64,000 bases of DNA from an uncultured cyanobacterium (GCA_963697335.1 CAVONQ010000018.1:256001-320000), one strand, 5' to 3'. Counted from the first letter of the stretch, positions 42,772 through 54,448 are shown. The notes: a model not told the origin generated them from the sequence alone. Made by a program: numbers and translations.

Positions 42772-43740
42772 TCAGCGGCCGCACCACCAATCCCGCAGCA
42801 GCCGGGCCGTGGAGCGCTGGGCAAGGGCGGGAGACCGGGCGGCAGGAAAGGGACGAGCGCGTGCGAACAGTGGGCAGCGCCTGCTGCGGTGGAACAGCTC
42901 CGTGGCCAGCCACCGGTTGCCGCGCGCGTAGCGCTTCATGATGTGCAAGGAAAGCTTGGGCGACAGTGTCCGTTCCCTGCTCTGGGGGCGAAGGGATTGC
43001 ATGGCCAGCAGGAGTTCTCCCACCAGCAGATTTCCGTAGCGCATCCATGGCCGCCCATTCAGGCGGCGCTTCAGCTCGAGCAGTGGCGTGCCCAGCCGCT
43101 GGTTCTTTTCGGGTGGCATCCGAGCCCCCGCCAGCGTGGTGAGCCCAAGCGCCTGGGCATAGTCGCAGATGATGTTTCCCTCCTTGAGGCAGCCGGCTTC
43201 AAACAGACGCAGATCAACGACCGCGGCCCCCAGTCCATCGGCCCAAAAGCGATACAGCCGATCAAGGTCAATGGCCTTCGAACCCATGGTTCGCCTGGCG
43301 AACTGTGGCAATGTCTCTGTCAAGAGCCCTCGTTTAACCAGCTGGTTATGCATCGACTCACACCATTCATCCTGGCGTCGTGCATAGATGAGGACGCGAA
43401 CCTGATGGCCTTGCAGGCATTCTCGCAAGGTGGCCATCCGCGCTTTTGCCGACGTTCGCCAACGAATCCCGTTGATCCTCTCGTGGCTGATCACCAGGGT
43501 GCACCCCGGATGCTTATTGAGAATCGGCGCGAACGTTTGGTGCCAATAGGCCTTGACTGCAGTGAGGCCCTCCTCCTGAATGCCGTATTTCGTGAGCAGC
43601 TCGCCGAACTCCCGATTCATTCTGCGTGATGCGATGACAATGCCTCTACGCAGCAACAGTGAGCGGTTGCGGTAGCCAAAACTCTGCAGGCTCGTGCTCG
43701 CTGTTTTATGCAGTCCGATGTGGAGGATGACATGGCCCAC
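42772..43740 (-). CDS. Sulfotransferase-like P-loop protein
   Basis: LHIGLHKTASTSLQ (PAPS-loop-like), ISHE, YARRQD...S...Q; lower GC. Confidence 0.7.
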   Translation of the reverse strand: MGHVILHIGLHKTASTSLQSFGYRNRSLLLRRGIVIASRRMNREFGELLTKYGIQEEGLTAVKAYWHQTFAPILNKHPGCTLVISHERINGIRWRTSAKARMATLRECLQGHQVRVLIYARRQDEWCESMHNQLVKRGLLTETLPQFARRTMGSKAIDLDRLYRFWADGLGAAVVDLRLFEAGCLKEGNIICDYAQALGLTTLAGARMPPEKNQRLGTPLLELKRRLNGRPWMRYGNLLVGELLLAMQSLRPQSRERTLSPKLSLHIMKRYARGNRWLATELFHRSRRCPLFARARPFPAARSPALAQRSTARLLRDWWCGR

Positions 43741-44072
43741 CTTGTGCTGTCCCTGGCATTTAACCCGGGTTCGATGCTAGGGCTTGATCAGTGCCTCGGC
43801 GGTGTGAGCGTTGTTCTGGCGTCGCGTCAATGGCCTCGCTCAGCCATGGTTCCCATGGCGCTGAAATCTTCGTCAAAATCCTTTAAAAGAGGGTGCAGCA
43901 ACACTCGGTTCCCAGTTCCATCTGTGCCTTCCGCCCGTGCAGAGCTGTGTCGATTCCTGATCGAAACCGGTTTGCAAGCCCTGGCGACAAGCGCTCTGCT
44001 CTGCCGGTGGCTTGGCGGTGTCGTGGCGAGGCAGGGCTGTGGTTGGCCGGGCCGCCTCGTGCCCCGATTGTC

Positions 44073-45130
44073 TCAGCAGGCGAGCGCCCGCCAACCTGGG
44101 CGTCGAAGCCCGGTGCGGGGGGCTGCTTCCCTGCCCTTGGGCCCCCTCTGTGGGTTGGCGCTGATCACCAGCGTGGCCTGGGCCTGTTCTACCAGTGAGC
44201 GCAGGCTCTGCGGCGACAGGGATCGGTAGGCCGTGGGCACCTGCTTGAACTGCACGAAGCCGGCGCGACCGGTGTGAAGGGCCAGGTCTTCGAAGCCCGA
44301 GGGTGGCTTTACCACCACGGCCGTCTGCGGGCTGTGCTGCCGGATCCAGGTGTAGAGCTCGGCCCGCGCCGTCGTGTCCACGAAGCCAAGGCTGCCGCGT
44401 GCCAGGGCCAGCCAGCGCCTCAGGCCCGCCGCCAGCAGCAGCCACAACCCCAGCATCAGCGCGCAGCGTGCCCCGTCGCCCGCCGATCAGCCGCCGGGCA
44501 ACTGGTTGTGGGGATGGCGCAGCATCACCAGGCGGCCGTCGTCGAGCACCGGCACCGCCAGGGCGGCGCCGGGGTGGCGAATCACCCCGAAGCTGGCCTC
44601 AAGGCCCATGGGCAGGGCCACCCGGTTCACCTCAAAGCGCAGCTTGCCGGCCTGCAGGGTGGTGATGGTGTCGAGATGGCGCGCCGGCTCGGGAGCGGGC
44701 AGGGGCGCCATGGCGGTGAGGTGGAGTTGGTCCCAGCATGGCGCTCGAGGGGGCCTCAGCAGCCCTCAGGGTCGTTGCCAGGCCGTCCAGCACGAACAGC
44801 CCCAGCACCGGGGCGGTGCCGGCCCAGTCGCCTGCCACCAACCACCCGGCAGCAGGTGGAGGGGATTGCGCAGCACGACGGAGATCCAGCTGGCAGAGGG
44901 CAGGCAGGCGTTGCTGAGCCAGCCCGCTATCGAGCCCGCAGCACGGCGGCGTAGGCGAAGGTTTTCGGCTCGGCGCTGCCCACCATCCACTCGGCGGCCA
45001 CCACCCCCTGCGCCAGCGCGAGCGAGGATGGAAGCTGGCGATCTGGGGACTGGGAAAGGCGGCTCCCTTGAAGAGGGTCGTCGCTGCCCTGGCCCACTTC
45101 CGCATCACCTGCGTCCGCGTCACCCGGGCC
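44073..45130 (-). pseudogene. Decayed polytopic membrane protein (DUF6798-like), interrupted by the NUDIX fragment
   Basis: Colinear motif remnants in different frames: EWMVGSAEPKTFAYA (~45000), LRNPLHLLP (~44870), WIRQHSP..AVVVKPP...RAGFVQFKQVP (~44300). Confidence 0.6.
44515..44711 (-). pseudogene. Truncated duplicate of the NUDIX gene 5' end (repeat copy 2)
   Basis: MAPLPAPEPARHLDT...DDGRLVMLR, then diverges before the Nudix box. Confidence 0.9.
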
Positions 45131-45134
45131 AGCG

Positions 45135-45758
45135 TCACTCGGGCCAACCGGCCTGGGGAGGGAGCCGCTGCGGTGGTGGGCTGCCGTCATCCGCCACAGC
45201 AGCCAGCAGATCGCCAAGCAGCTCTCCCACCCGGCGCCCGGCTCCCGGCGGCACCAGCTCCGCTGCCAGGGCCGCCAGCGGGGCCAGCACGAAGGCCCGC
45301 TCCAGGTAGAGCGGATGGGGCAGCCACAGGGCGGCGCTCTGGCGCTGATGGCCGCCGCACCAGAGCAGATCGAGATCGAGGCTGCGCGGGCCCCAGGGCT
45401 GCAGCCGCTGCCGGCCGAAGGCCGCCTCCAGGCCCTGCAGGGCCAGCAGCAGTGGCAGCGGATCTCCCCCGCTCGTCCCTGCGGCTGATCCGTTCCCGGC
45501 GGGCCCGCTGGCCAGCAGCACCGCATTGAGATAGGGCGGCTGGCCAGCTGGACCCCCCACGGGAGCCGTGAGGAACAGGGGCGACCAGCGCAGCCGCCAG
45601 GGGGCCACCGCCGGGTCCGCCCCGGCCCAGTGGTGCAGCACCTGGCCCAACAGCGGCCGCACCGCCGTGAGCGTGGCCAGCGGGTCGCCGAGGTTGGCCC
45701 CCAGGGCGATGGCCGTGCAGGGCTCGGGCGCTGGGGCGCTGGCAGCCGCTGGATTCAT
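45135..45758 (-). CDS. folK: 2-amino-4-hydroxy-6-hydroxymethyldihydropteridine diphosphokinase
   Basis: IALGANLG, YLNAV, WGPRSLDLDLL, LPHP, RAFVLAPL. Confidence 0.95.
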   Translation of the reverse strand: MNPAAASAPAPEPCTAIALGANLGDPLATLTAVRPLLGQVLHHWAGADPAVAPWRLRWSPLFLTAPVGGPAGQPPYLNAVLLASGPAGNGSAAGTSGGDPLPLLLALQGLEAAFGRQRLQPWGPRSLDLDLLWCGGHQRQSAALWLPHPLYLERAFVLAPLAALAAELVPPGAGRRVGELLGDLLAAVADDGSPPPQRLPPQAGWPE

Positions 45759-45769
45759 CCCGCCTGCGT

Positions 45770-46279
45770 TCAGGGTTCCCCCAGGAAATCGCGCTTGCCC
45801 AGCACCACGCCGTTGTGGCGCAGGATCCCGTAGGCGGTGCTGGTGTGGAAGTAGACGTTGGGCAGCACGAAGCCGGAGAGGAACGGCCAGCCGATCATGG
45901 TGATGGTCTCCCCGCGGCCGATCGGCACGCTCAACTCCCGCTCGGCACTGCCCTCCAGCTGCTCGGCGGTAAAGCCACCCAGCTCGTTGATGGCGGCCTC
46001 CAGCCGCTCGATCAACTCCGCAAAGGTGGTCTCGTCATCGGCCACGGCGACGGCCTCCACGCCGGCGAGGCGGGCCACCCCGCGGCGGGCGATGTCGGCG
46101 GCGATCTGCACCTGCCGGGTCAGGGGGAACATGTCCGGGTAGAGGCGGCTGGCCAGCAGCACGGACGGATCGATGCCGCCGGCCTCGGCGTGCGCTTCGG
46201 CCTTGGCCAGCACCGCTGCCAGGTTGGTGAGCGTGCGCTGCAGGGGGGGCACGGCGGCCGCATGCATGGAGAGGGACAT
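45770..46279 (-). CDS. DUF1993-domain protein
   Basis: RLYPDMFPLTRQVQIA, LPNVYFH.STAYGILRHNGV.LGKRDF. Confidence 0.9.
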   Translation of the reverse strand: MSLSMHAAAVPPLQRTLTNLAAVLAKAEAHAEAGGIDPSVLLASRLYPDMFPLTRQVQIAADIARRGVARLAGVEAVAVADDETTFAELIERLEAAINELGGFTAEQLEGSAERELSVPIGRGETITMIGWPFLSGFVLPNVYFHTSTAYGILRHNGVVLGKRDFLGEP

Positions 46280-46390
46280 GGGGTGGCCCGGCCGATCAGG
46301 AGTTTTTGAGGCTAAGGGCTGTGCCGCCGTCGAGCTCCGTACAGGCCTATCGGCCAGACTGGCCTCCCTTCTCCTTCCGGCCCCGCCCCC

Positions 46391-48517
46391 ATGGTTGTCA
46401 GCGGCTCAGCAGCGTCTCCGGCCCCAGCCGGCCAGGGTGCTGATCGCTCCTTCCCGCTGGCGGCGATCACCGGCCACGGCACCCTCAAGCTCGCCCTGCT
46501 GCTGGCCGCCGTGGATCCCGGCCTCGGCGGCGTGGTGATCGCCGGCGGCCGCGGCACCGGCAAGTCGGTGCTGGCCAGGGGGCTGCACGCCCTGCTGCCG
46601 CCCATCGATGTGCTCGATCTGGGCGGGGCGGCGGTGCAGGCCCTCAACGTGGATCCCCAGCGCCCCGACGACTGGAACGAGGCCGTCTGCGAGCGCCTGC
46701 AGCAGCTGGGCGCCGACCCCAGCGGCCAGGACACCCAGGCCCTGCTGCCCACCCGCGTCATTCCCGCTCCCTTCGTGCAGGTGCCGCTGGGCATCACCGA
46801 AGACCGGCTGGTGGGCTCGGTGGATGTGGCCGCCTCCCTGGCCAGCGGCCAGGCGGTGTTCCAGCCGGGGCTGCTGGCCGAGGCCCACCGCGGCGTGGTG
46901 TACGTGGATGAGCTCAACCTGCTCGACGACGGCATCACCAACCTGCTGCTGGCGGCGGTGGGCAGCGGCGAGAACCGCATCGAGCGCGAGGGCCTCAGCC
47001 TCACCCATCCCTGCCGCTGCCTGCTGATCGCCACCTACAACCCCGAGGAGGGGGCGGTGCGCGACCACCTGCTCGATCGCTTCGCCATCTGCCTCAGTGC
47101 CAACCAGGCGCTGGACCTGGAGCAGCGGGTGGCGATCACCCGCTCCGCCCTCGACCATGCCGAGTCGGGCCAGGACTTCCGGGGGCGCTGGCAGGAGGAG
47201 ACCGACGCCCTCGCCACCCAGCTGTTGCTGGCCCGCCAGTGGCTGCCCGATGTGCAGATCAGCCGTGAGCAGATCACCTACCTGGTGACCGAGGCCGTGC
47301 GCGGCGGCGTGGAGGGCCATCGCTCCGAGCTCTACGCCGTGCGCGTCGCTCGGGCCCATGCCGCCCTCAGCGGTCGCGATCGCGTCGAGGCCGACGACCT
47401 GCAGGTGGCCGTGCGGCTGGTGATCGCCCCCCGGGCCCTGCAGCTGCCGCCCCCCGATCCAGACCAGCCCCTGGAGCCGCCGCCGCCGCCACCGCCCCAG
47501 GGCGAGCAGCCGCCGGAGGAGCCGCCTGAACCCGACCCGAACGAGCAGGAGCCCGAGGACGACAGCGATCCCGAGCAGCCCGACCAGGACGACGACACTC
47601 CCGAGGACCAGGCGCCCCCCTCGGTGCCGGAGGAGTTCATGCTCGATCCCGAGGCCGTGGCGATCGATCCCGAGCTGCTGCTCTTCGGGGCCGCCAAGGC
47701 CCGCTCCGGCGGCAGCGGCAGCCGGGCCGTGGTGTTCAGCGACTCCCGCGGCCGCTACGTGAAGCCGATGCTGCCCCGCGGCCCGGTGAAGCGCATCGCC
47801 GTGGACGCCACCCTGCGGGCCGCAGCCCCGTATCAGAAGAGCCGCCGCGAGCGCCAGCCCCACCGCAAGGTGGTGGTGGAGGACGGCGACCTGCGGGCCA
47901 AGCAGCTGCAGCGCAAGGCCGGCGCCCTGGTGATCTTCCTGGTGGATGCCAGTGGCTCGATGGCCCTCAACCGCATGCAGAGCGCCAAGGGCGCCGTGAT
48001 CCGGCTGCTCACCGAGGCCTACGAAAACCGCGACGAAGTCGCCCTGATCCCCTTCCGCGGCGAGCAGGCCGAGGTGCTGCTGCCGCCCACCCGCTCGATC
48101 ACCGCCGCCCGCCGCCGGCTCGAATCGATGCCCTGCGGCGGCGGCTCACCCCTGGCCCATGGACTCTCCCAGGCGGCGCGGGTAGGGGCCAACGCCCTGG
48201 CCACGGGCGACCTGGGCCAGGTGGTGGTGGTGGCGATCACCGATGGCCGCGGCAACGTGCCCCTGGGACGCTCCCTGGGGCAGCCGCAGCTGGAGGGGGA
48301 GGAGCCGGTGGATCTCAAGGAGGAGGTGAAACAGGTGGCCAGCCGCTACCGCGCCCTGGGCCTCAAGCTGCTGGTGATCGACACCGAGCGCAAGTTCATC
48401 GGCAGCGGCATGGGCAAGGACCTGGCCGAGGCCGCCGGCGGCAAGTACGTGCAGCTGCCCAAGGCCAGCGATCAGGCCATCGCCGCCATCGCCATGGAGG
48501 CGATCAGCGCGGTGTAG
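46391..48517 (+). CDS. chlD: Magnesium chelatase subunit D
   Basis: GRGTGKS AAA domain, Pro/acidic linker, vWA DASGSM, ITDGRGN. Confidence 0.97.
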   Translation: MVVSGSAASPAPAGQGADRSFPLAAITGHGTLKLALLLAAVDPGLGGVVIAGGRGTGKSVLARGLHALLPPIDVLDLGGAAVQALNVDPQRPDDWNEAVCERLQQLGADPSGQDTQALLPTRVIPAPFVQVPLGITEDRLVGSVDVAASLASGQAVFQPGLLAEAHRGVVYVDELNLLDDGITNLLLAAVGSGENRIEREGLSLTHPCRCLLIATYNPEEGAVRDHLLDRFAICLSANQALDLEQRVAITRSALDHAESGQDFRGRWQEETDALATQLLLARQWLPDVQISREQITYLVTEAVRGGVEGHRSELYAVRVARAHAALSGRDRVEADDLQVAVRLVIAPRALQLPPPDPDQPLEPPPPPPPQGEQPPEEPPEPDPNEQEPEDDSDPEQPDQDDDTPEDQAPPSVPEEFMLDPEAVAIDPELLLFGAAKARSGGSGSRAVVFSDSRGRYVKPMLPRGPVKRIAVDATLRAAAPYQKSRRERQPHRKVVVEDGDLRAKQLQRKAGALVIFLVDASGSMALNRMQSAKGAVIRLLTEAYENRDEVALIPFRGEQAEVLLPPTRSITAARRRLESMPCGGGSPLAHGLSQAARVGANALATGDLGQVVVVAITDGRGNVPLGRSLGQPQLEGEEPVDLKEEVKQVASRYRALGLKLLVIDTERKFIGSGMGKDLAEAAGGKYVQLPKASDQAIAAIAMEAISAV

Positions 48518-49496
48518 GCATGGGGTAGGCCTTGTGCTCCTTGCCGGCTGGCGCTCCCTGTGGTTCGGCCTTGTCGCGGCTGGCCTTGTCGCGGGCGGCG
48601 CCCGTCTGGGCCGGGTAGAGCTCCTCGAAGAACTTGCCCAGGCCCACCGCCACGCTGCGCAGCCCATCCAGGAAGCGGGGATCGGAGGTGAGCTGGTTCA
48701 CATCGCCGCCCACCGCATCCCAGCGGGCCGTGAGCTGCTCGGCGTTGCTCACCGTCTGCTGCAGTTCGGCCACGGTCTTGGGATTTTCCAGGGCCGCCAT
48801 CAGCCGCCGCAGGTGGGCCGAGCTGGCGTTGAGGTTGGCGATGGTGGGCTGGGCATCCTGCACCGAGCGCTCGAGGCTGTTCACCAGCGATTCCCCCTGG
48901 CCCACCAGCACCTGGCCCTCCTTGAGGAAGGCGGTGGCTTCCCGGGAGGTCTGATCCGCGCTGGTGGCCAGGCCGGCGAATTTCTTGATCAGCTGCTCCC
49001 GGTCGCCCTGCTCCAGCAGCTGCTGCATCAGGCTGGTCACCGTGGACAGGTTCGGGGTTTCAGTGCCCGTGATCGAGGAGCCGTCGCAGAGCATCTCCTT
49101 GCGGGGGCAGCCGGGCGATCGCGGCGATGGCGCCGAGGCCTTTGGGGCTGGGCCGCTGCTGATCAGGGCCACCTGGGCCTCGCCGCCCAGCAGCGATCCC
49201 TGGCCCACCTCAGCCCGGGCCGGCAGGGAGAGGCGCAAGGTGGGGTTGGTGATCTCCAGCTCGGCCTCCACCGCGTCGGGGGTGACCCGCACGGAGCGCA
49301 CACTGCCCACCATCACCCCCCGATACACCACCGGCGAGCGGGCGGCCAGGCCGGAGGCTTGCTGAAAGCTGGCCTTGAGGGTCCAGAACTGGCGCGTGAG
49401 CGAGAGCCCGCGCAGCCAGAAGGAAAATCCCACCGCTCCGGCGACGGCTCCCACCAGGGAGAACCCCACGATCGCCTCACGCACAGAGCGGCGCAT
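48504..49496 (-). CDS. MlaD/MCE family lipid-transport protein
   Basis: [30 protein letters not shown] motif, coiled coil. Confidence 0.9.
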   Translation of the reverse strand: MRRSVREAIVGFSLVGAVAGAVGFSFWLRGLSLTRQFWTLKASFQQASGLAARSPVVYRGVMVGSVRSVRVTPDAVEAELEITNPTLRLSLPARAEVGQGSLLGGEAQVALISSGPAPKASAPSPRSPGCPRKEMLCDGSSITGTETPNLSTVTSLMQQLLEQGDREQLIKKFAGLATSADQTSREATAFLKEGQVLVGQGESLVNSLERSVQDAQPTIANLNASSAHLRRLMAALENPKTVAELQQTVSNAEQLTARWDAVGGDVNQLTSDPRFLDGLRSVAVGLGKFFEELYPAQTGAARDKASRDKAEPQGAPAGKEHKAYPMPTPR

Positions 49497-49499
49497 TGC

Positions 49500-50246
49500 T
49501 CAGGCCTCTGCCGGCTGGATGGGTCCGCGCAGGCTACCGCTCCTGAACTGAACCACATAGGGATTGTCCGTGTGCCGGTAGGCCTCCAGGTCGCCGGCCC
49601 AGCGAAAAATGCCGTCGTAGAGCATCACGATCTGGCCGCCGGTGCGCTCGATCGTGCTGTGCACGTGGCTCACCACCACCGAGCTGGCCCGGGCCACCGC
49701 CGTGGTGCGCACGATCAGATCCTCAATGCGGGTGCAGGCCACCGGATCCAGCCCCGCCGTGGGTTCATCGAACAACAGCAGGGGCATCTGGGGCGAGTTC
49801 AGCAGTTGGGGGGCCGGAATCAGGGCTCGGGCAAAGCTGACGCGCTTCTGCATGCCGCCGCTCAGTTCCCCCGGCAGCCGCTCCTCGATCCCACCCAGCC
49901 CCACGGCCTCCAGGGCCTCCGCCACCCGCTGGCGGATCTCGTCCTCCTTGAGCCGTCCGTAGCGATAGAGCAGGAAGCCCACGTTCTCGCGCACCGTGAG
50001 GGAGCCCAGCAGGGCTGGGTTCTGGAACACCAGCCGCACGTCGGGGGGGTTCTCCTGATCGATGCGCAGGTAGGTCTGGGGCTCACCGTGCAGCAGCAGG
50101 CTGCCGCCGCTGGGCAGCAGCAGGCCGGCGAGCAACCGCAGGATCGTGGACTTGCCCGCTCCGGAGGGCCCGACCACCACCAGCTGCTCGCCGGGCTGCA
50201 GACAGAGGTTCACGCCATCCAGCACCACCGTGCGGCCCCAGCCCAT
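49500..50246 (-). CDS. MlaF/Mkl-type ABC transporter ATP-binding protein (true start probably slightly upstream)
   Basis: GPSGAGKS, LSGGMQKRVSFARA, DEPTAGLDP. Confidence 0.93.
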   Translation of the reverse strand: MGWGRTVVLDGVNLCLQPGEQLVVVGPSGAGKSTILRLLAGLLLPSGGSLLLHGEPQTYLRIDQENPPDVRLVFQNPALLGSLTVRENVGFLLYRYGRLKEDEIRQRVAEALEAVGLGGIEERLPGELSGGMQKRVSFARALIPAPQLLNSPQMPLLLFDEPTAGLDPVACTRIEDLIVRTTAVARASSVVVSHVHSTIERTGGQIVMLYDGIFRWAGDLEAYRHTDNPYVVQFRSGSLRGPIQPAEA

Positions 50247-50341
50247 GCTGAGGTTGCGGAGTTCGGCCAGGGGTGGGGCTGGGGAGGCCAGCGGCGGCAG
50301 CGCGATCGCATCCCATCTTCGCGTCTGGTGGCCGAACTACA

Positions 50342-51832
50342 GTGAAGAGGCTCCCTGAGCACAGTCCCACGCCCTCGCCCCCCCCTGCGCCGGCTTCCAG
50401 GCCGCGGCGGTCTCGCCGGCTCAGACCACGGGCCAGCTGGGTTGGCCGGGGCGAACTCCGCCAGCGCGATCTGGTCAGCCGTTCGCGCCGGGCCGTGCGC
50501 TGGCTGCAGCCCGGCCTGGTAGTGAAACGCTGGGTGCTCACCTCCGGTCTGGGCCTGTTGATCGCCCTGCTGGGTGCCGCGGTGTGGGCCGATCTCCAGC
50601 CCATCTACTGGACGATCGCCGGCATTCAGTGGCTGCTCAAGAACCTCACGACCGTGCTGCCGAGGGGGATCACCGGACCGTTGGTGCTGGCGATCGGCGC
50701 CGCGCTGATCTGGCTGGGACAGAGCCGCAGCTTCGGCTCCATCCAGCAGGCCCTTGCCCCAGACCGCGGCACCCATCTGGTGGATGCCCTGGCCGCCCAG
50801 GGCCGTCTGAACCGCGGTCCCAGCATCGTGGCCGTGGGCGGTGGCACCGGCCTTTCCACCCTGCTCAGTGGCCTGAAGCGCTACAGCAGCAATCTCACCG
50901 CCATCGTCACCGTGGCCGATGACGGTGGCAGCAGCGGTGTGCTCCGCCGCGAACTGGGTGTGCAGCCTCCCGGCGACATTCGCAACTGCCTGGCCGCCCT
51001 GGCCCGGGAGGAGCCCCTGCTCACCCGGCTTTTCCAGTACCGCTTCCAGGCGGGCCTGGGGCTGGAGGGCCACAGCTTCGGCAACCTCTTCCTCTCGGCC
51101 CTCACGGCCATCACCGGCAGCCTCGAGTCGGCGATCACCGCCAGCAGCCGGGTGCTGGCGGTGCAGGGTCAGGTGGTGCCCGCCACCAATGCCGACGTGC
51201 GCCTCTGGGCGGAGCTTGAGAGCGGCGAGCGGATCGAGGGTGAATCGGCGATCGGCCGTGCCGATAGCCCGATCGTGCGGCTGGGCTGCTCGCCTGAGCA
51301 TCCACCGGCCCTGCCCCGGGCGATCGAGGCCATCGCCCACGCAGACCTGATCGTGCTGGGTCCGGGCAGCCTCTACACCTCATTGCTGCCGAACCTGCTG
51401 GTGCCGGAGCTGGTGGCGGCGATTGCCCGCAGCAAGGCGCCCCGGCTCTACATCTGCAACCTGATGACCCAGCCCGGCGAGACCGACCGTCTCGATGTGG
51501 AAGGTCACCTGCGGGCGATCGAGGCCCAGCTGGCCAGCCTCGGGGTCGAGCAGCGCCTGTTCAATGCCGTGCTGGCCCAGGAGGATCTGGAGGACACGCC
51601 GTTGCTGGATCGCTACCGCCAGAAGGGGGCCGAGCCGGTCCGCTGCGATGCCCGCAAGCTGCAGCGTCAGGGCTACCAGGTGATGCAGGCGCCCCTCCAG
51701 GGCGCGCGCCCTACCGCCACCCTGCGCCACGATCCCCGCAGCCTGGCGGTGGCGGTGATGCGGTTCTATCGCAGCTACCGCGGCAGCCAGCGGCCGGCGC
51801 GTCCGCTGCGCCCGGACCCAAGCCCCAGGTAG
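50342..51832 (+). CDS. YvcK/GlmR (CofD-related) family protein with N-terminal TMs
   Basis: GGGTGL, VADDGGSSG.LR, PPGDIRNC, GHSFGNL, GPGSLYTS, NLMTQPGET; start approximate. Confidence 0.93.
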   Translation: MKRLPEHSPTPSPPPAPASRPRRSRRLRPRASWVGRGELRQRDLVSRSRRAVRWLQPGLVVKRWVLTSGLGLLIALLGAAVWADLQPIYWTIAGIQWLLKNLTTVLPRGITGPLVLAIGAALIWLGQSRSFGSIQQALAPDRGTHLVDALAAQGRLNRGPSIVAVGGGTGLSTLLSGLKRYSSNLTAIVTVADDGGSSGVLRRELGVQPPGDIRNCLAALAREEPLLTRLFQYRFQAGLGLEGHSFGNLFLSALTAITGSLESAITASSRVLAVQGQVVPATNADVRLWAELESGERIEGESAIGRADSPIVRLGCSPEHPPALPRAIEAIAHADLIVLGPGSLYTSLLPNLLVPELVAAIARSKAPRLYICNLMTQPGETDRLDVEGHLRAIEAQLASLGVEQRLFNAVLAQEDLEDTPLLDRYRQKGAEPVRCDARKLQRQGYQVMQAPLQGARPTATLRHDPRSLAVAVMRFYRSYRGSQRPARPLRPDPSPR

Positions 51833-51841
51833 CCTCCGCCC

Positions 51842-52657
51842 ATGGCGGCTTCCGACCACCACTTCCTGCACCTGCCCGGCCACCATCTGCTCTACGGGCG
51901 TGTGCCCAAGGCGGCCAACAGCAGCGTCAAGGCGGCCCTCACCCGACTGATCAGGCCGGAGCTGCAGCGCAACCGCCGCAGCCTGGGCCAGCGGTTGCTG
52001 CGGGGACTGCGGCCCCAGCGCTCCTGGCAATCCCTCTCCTCCCAGGTGGACCAGTTCTGGGATCTGCTGCCCAACACGATCGCCCGCCCCGTGGACCGCG
52101 CCACGGCCAGGCAGCTGCGGGCGCACTGCTTCAGCTTCGCGGTGGTGCGCAACCCCTTTGATCGCCTGCTCTCGGCCTACAACAACAAGGTGATCGAAAA
52201 CCCCAGCTGCACGGCGCGGCTGCGGGCCATCGGCGTGGAGCGGGGCATGGCGCTGCCCCCCTTCATCGAGAGCATCTGCGCGGCGGAGTCGGCAGCCCTG
52301 GACGTGCATGTGCTCCCCCAGGCGGAGATCCTCTGCCTGGACAGGGAGCCCCTGCCCACCTGGGTGGCCTACGCCGAGAGCCTGGAGCTGCACTGGCCCT
52401 TTCTGGTGCAGCGGGCCCGCCGCGCCGGAGTGCCCGGTCTGATGCGGCAGCTGCCGGATAAGAACAGCCGGCGCCAGGGCCAGAGCACGGATCTCGAGCA
52501 ACTGCTGGCCCAACCGCAGCTGGTGCGCCTGCTGCGCCAGCGCTATGCCGACGACTTCAACATCTTCTACCCCTGGCTGGCCGAGGGGGAGCTGAGTGTG
52601 GCGCAGGTGCGGCAGGGTGGCCCGCGCCGACCGCGTCATTTCGTGCCGGCTCAGTAG
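51842..52657 (+). CDS. Sulfotransferase family 2 protein
   Basis: 5'-[14 protein letters not shown]; 3'-[22 protein letters not shown]. Confidence 0.85.
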   Translation: MAASDHHFLHLPGHHLLYGRVPKAANSSVKAALTRLIRPELQRNRRSLGQRLLRGLRPQRSWQSLSSQVDQFWDLLPNTIARPVDRATARQLRAHCFSFAVVRNPFDRLLSAYNNKVIENPSCTARLRAIGVERGMALPPFIESICAAESAALDVHVLPQAEILCLDREPLPTWVAYAESLELHWPFLVQRARRAGVPGLMRQLPDKNSRRQGQSTDLEQLLAQPQLVRLLRQRYADDFNIFYPWLAEGELSVAQVRQGGPRRPRHFVPAQ

Positions 52658-53208
52658 GCGTCCTGCATCTCATAGAAGTCAGGCTGCACATAGTCCTTGC
52701 GCAGCGGCCAACCCTTCCAGTCCTCCGGCATCAGCAGCCGCTTGGGATGGGGATGGCCCTCGAACTGGATGCCGTACATGTCGAAGGTCTCGCGCTCCTG
52801 CCAGTCGGCGCCGCGGAACAGGCCGTAGAGGGTGGGAATGGTGAGGGCCCCATCGCGCTGCAGGAACACCTTGAGGCGCACCTCCTGGGGGCGTACTTCG
52901 GCGGGCAGCCTGGCCAGGCCGGCACTGCTGTCGGCCAGGCTGCCCAGCTTCACCAGGTGGTAGAAACTCACCAGTCGGGCCCCCGGGCCCTCGTCGTAGC
53001 CGCCCTGGCATTGCAGGTAGTCGAAGCCGTCGGCCTTGAGGGCGGTGGCCAGCAGCGGCAGGAAGGCCGGCTCCACGCCGATCACCTCCACGCCGAGGTG
53101 GTCCGGGGGAAGCACCTCGTGGTCGAAGCCCTGGCTCTTCAGCCACTGGCTCACCGGCCCGGGCTCCACGGTGGCGAGGGCCTCAGGGGCGGGGGTGGAC
53201 TCAGGCAT
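52651..53208 (-). CDS. ndhJ: NDH-1 subunit J
   Basis: [30 protein letters not shown]. Confidence 0.97.
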   Translation of the reverse strand: MPESTPAPEALATVEPGPVSQWLKSQGFDHEVLPPDHLGVEVIGVEPAFLPLLATALKADGFDYLQCQGGYDEGPGARLVSFYHLVKLGSLADSSAGLARLPAEVRPQEVRLKVFLQRDGALTIPTLYGLFRGADWQERETFDMYGIQFEGHPHPKRLLMPEDWKGWPLRKDYVQPDFYEMQDAY

Positions 53209-53974
53209 CGCTCGACTCGGCGGTGGGGGGGGTGCTGTCTGCTGCGGCCACGGGCAAGGCTGCCTCGGATTCGAGGCTGCCGAGGGGCAGGCCGGCCGCG
53301 GCGGCCAGGGCCTTGCGCTGGCTTTCGGCCGCCAGATAGGCGCCTGTGACGATCGGCTGGACGGGCGTCATCTGGTGGGCCACGGTGCAGTAGCGGTGCG
53401 TGGGTCGCAGCTTGCCCCGCTCGGCCAGGGACTCATTGCCCACCTTCTTGCGCAGCTTGATCACGGCATCGAAGATCGCCTCAGGCCGTGGCGGGCAGCC
53501 GGGCAGGTAGAGGTCCACGGGGATCAGCTTGTCGACACCGCGCACCGCCGTGGTGGAGTCGGCGGAGAACATGCCGCCGGTGATCGTGCAGGCGCCCATG
53601 GCGATCACGTACTTCGGCTCAGGCATCTGCTCGTAGAGGCGCACCAGGGCCGGGCCCATCTTCATGGTCACCGTGCCGGCCACGATCAGCAGGTCGGCCT
53701 GGCGCGGGCTGGAGCGGGGCACCAGACCGAAGCGGTCGAAGTCGAAGCGGGAGCCGATCAGGGCGGCGAACTCGATGAAGCAGCAGGCCGTGCCGTAGAG
53801 CAGGGGCCAGAGGCTGCTGAGGCGGGCCCAGTTGTGCAGGTCGTCGAGAGTTGTGAGAATCACGTTCTCCGACAGGCCTGAGGTGACAGCCGGGCTGCCG
53901 ACTGGGCCGCAACTGGCGGCACGCACGTCCCGCAGGGCGTCGATGCTGGGGCTGGTCTGGGGGGTGAGGGTCAT
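53201..53974 (-). CDS. ndhK: NDH-1 subunit K
   Basis: [31 protein letters not shown]. Confidence 0.97.
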   Translation of the reverse strand: MTLTPQTSPSIDALRDVRAASCGPVGSPAVTSGLSENVILTTLDDLHNWARLSSLWPLLYGTACCFIEFAALIGSRFDFDRFGLVPRSSPRQADLLIVAGTVTMKMGPALVRLYEQMPEPKYVIAMGACTITGGMFSADSTTAVRGVDKLIPVDLYLPGCPPRPEAIFDAVIKLRKKVGNESLAERGKLRPTHRYCTVAHQMTPVQPIVTGAYLAAESQRKALAAAAGLPLGSLESEAALPVAAADSTPPTAESSDA

Positions 53975-53982
53975 GGGTTCCG

Positions 53983-54345
53983 TCAGCTCCACTCGAGGGC
54001 GCCTTTGCGCCAGGCATAGGCCAGGGCCACCACAAGGATGGCGATGAACACCAGGGCTTCAATGAAGGCCAGGAGCCCCAGCCGGTGGAAGGCCACCGCC
54101 CAGGGGTACAGAAACACGGTCTCCACGTCGAAGATCACGAAGACCAGGGCAAACATGTAGTAGCGGATGTTGAACTGAATCCAGGCTCCGCCAATGGGCT
54201 CCATCCCGGATTCGTAGGTGATCTCCCGCTCGCCGCCCCTGCTGGTGGGCGAGAGCAACTTGTTGGTGACAAGGGCAAGCACGGGAACGGCGGCCGAGAT
54301 CAGCAGAAAGCCGAGGAAGGCGTCGTAGCCGGAGAGCACGAACAT
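53983..54345 (-). CDS. ndhC: NDH-1 subunit C
   Basis: [28 protein letters not shown]. Confidence 0.97.
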   Translation of the reverse strand: MFVLSGYDAFLGFLLISAAVPVLALVTNKLLSPTSRGGEREITYESGMEPIGGAWIQFNIRYYMFALVFVIFDVETVFLYPWAVAFHRLGLLAFIEALVFIAILVVALAYAWRKGALEWS

Positions 54346-54448
54346 GGGGGCGAGCCCAACGTGCGGGGCAGTCTGGCATCTGCAACCGGAAAGCCATGGC
54401 TTCGACTGCAGCACGGTTCCTAGAGTCAGCATCCCCAGCCCGACTTCG

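Noticed and set aside
43880..43910. GGGTGCAGCAACAC resembling an IS terminal sequence
   Set aside because: No partner inverted repeat or transposase remnant nearby.
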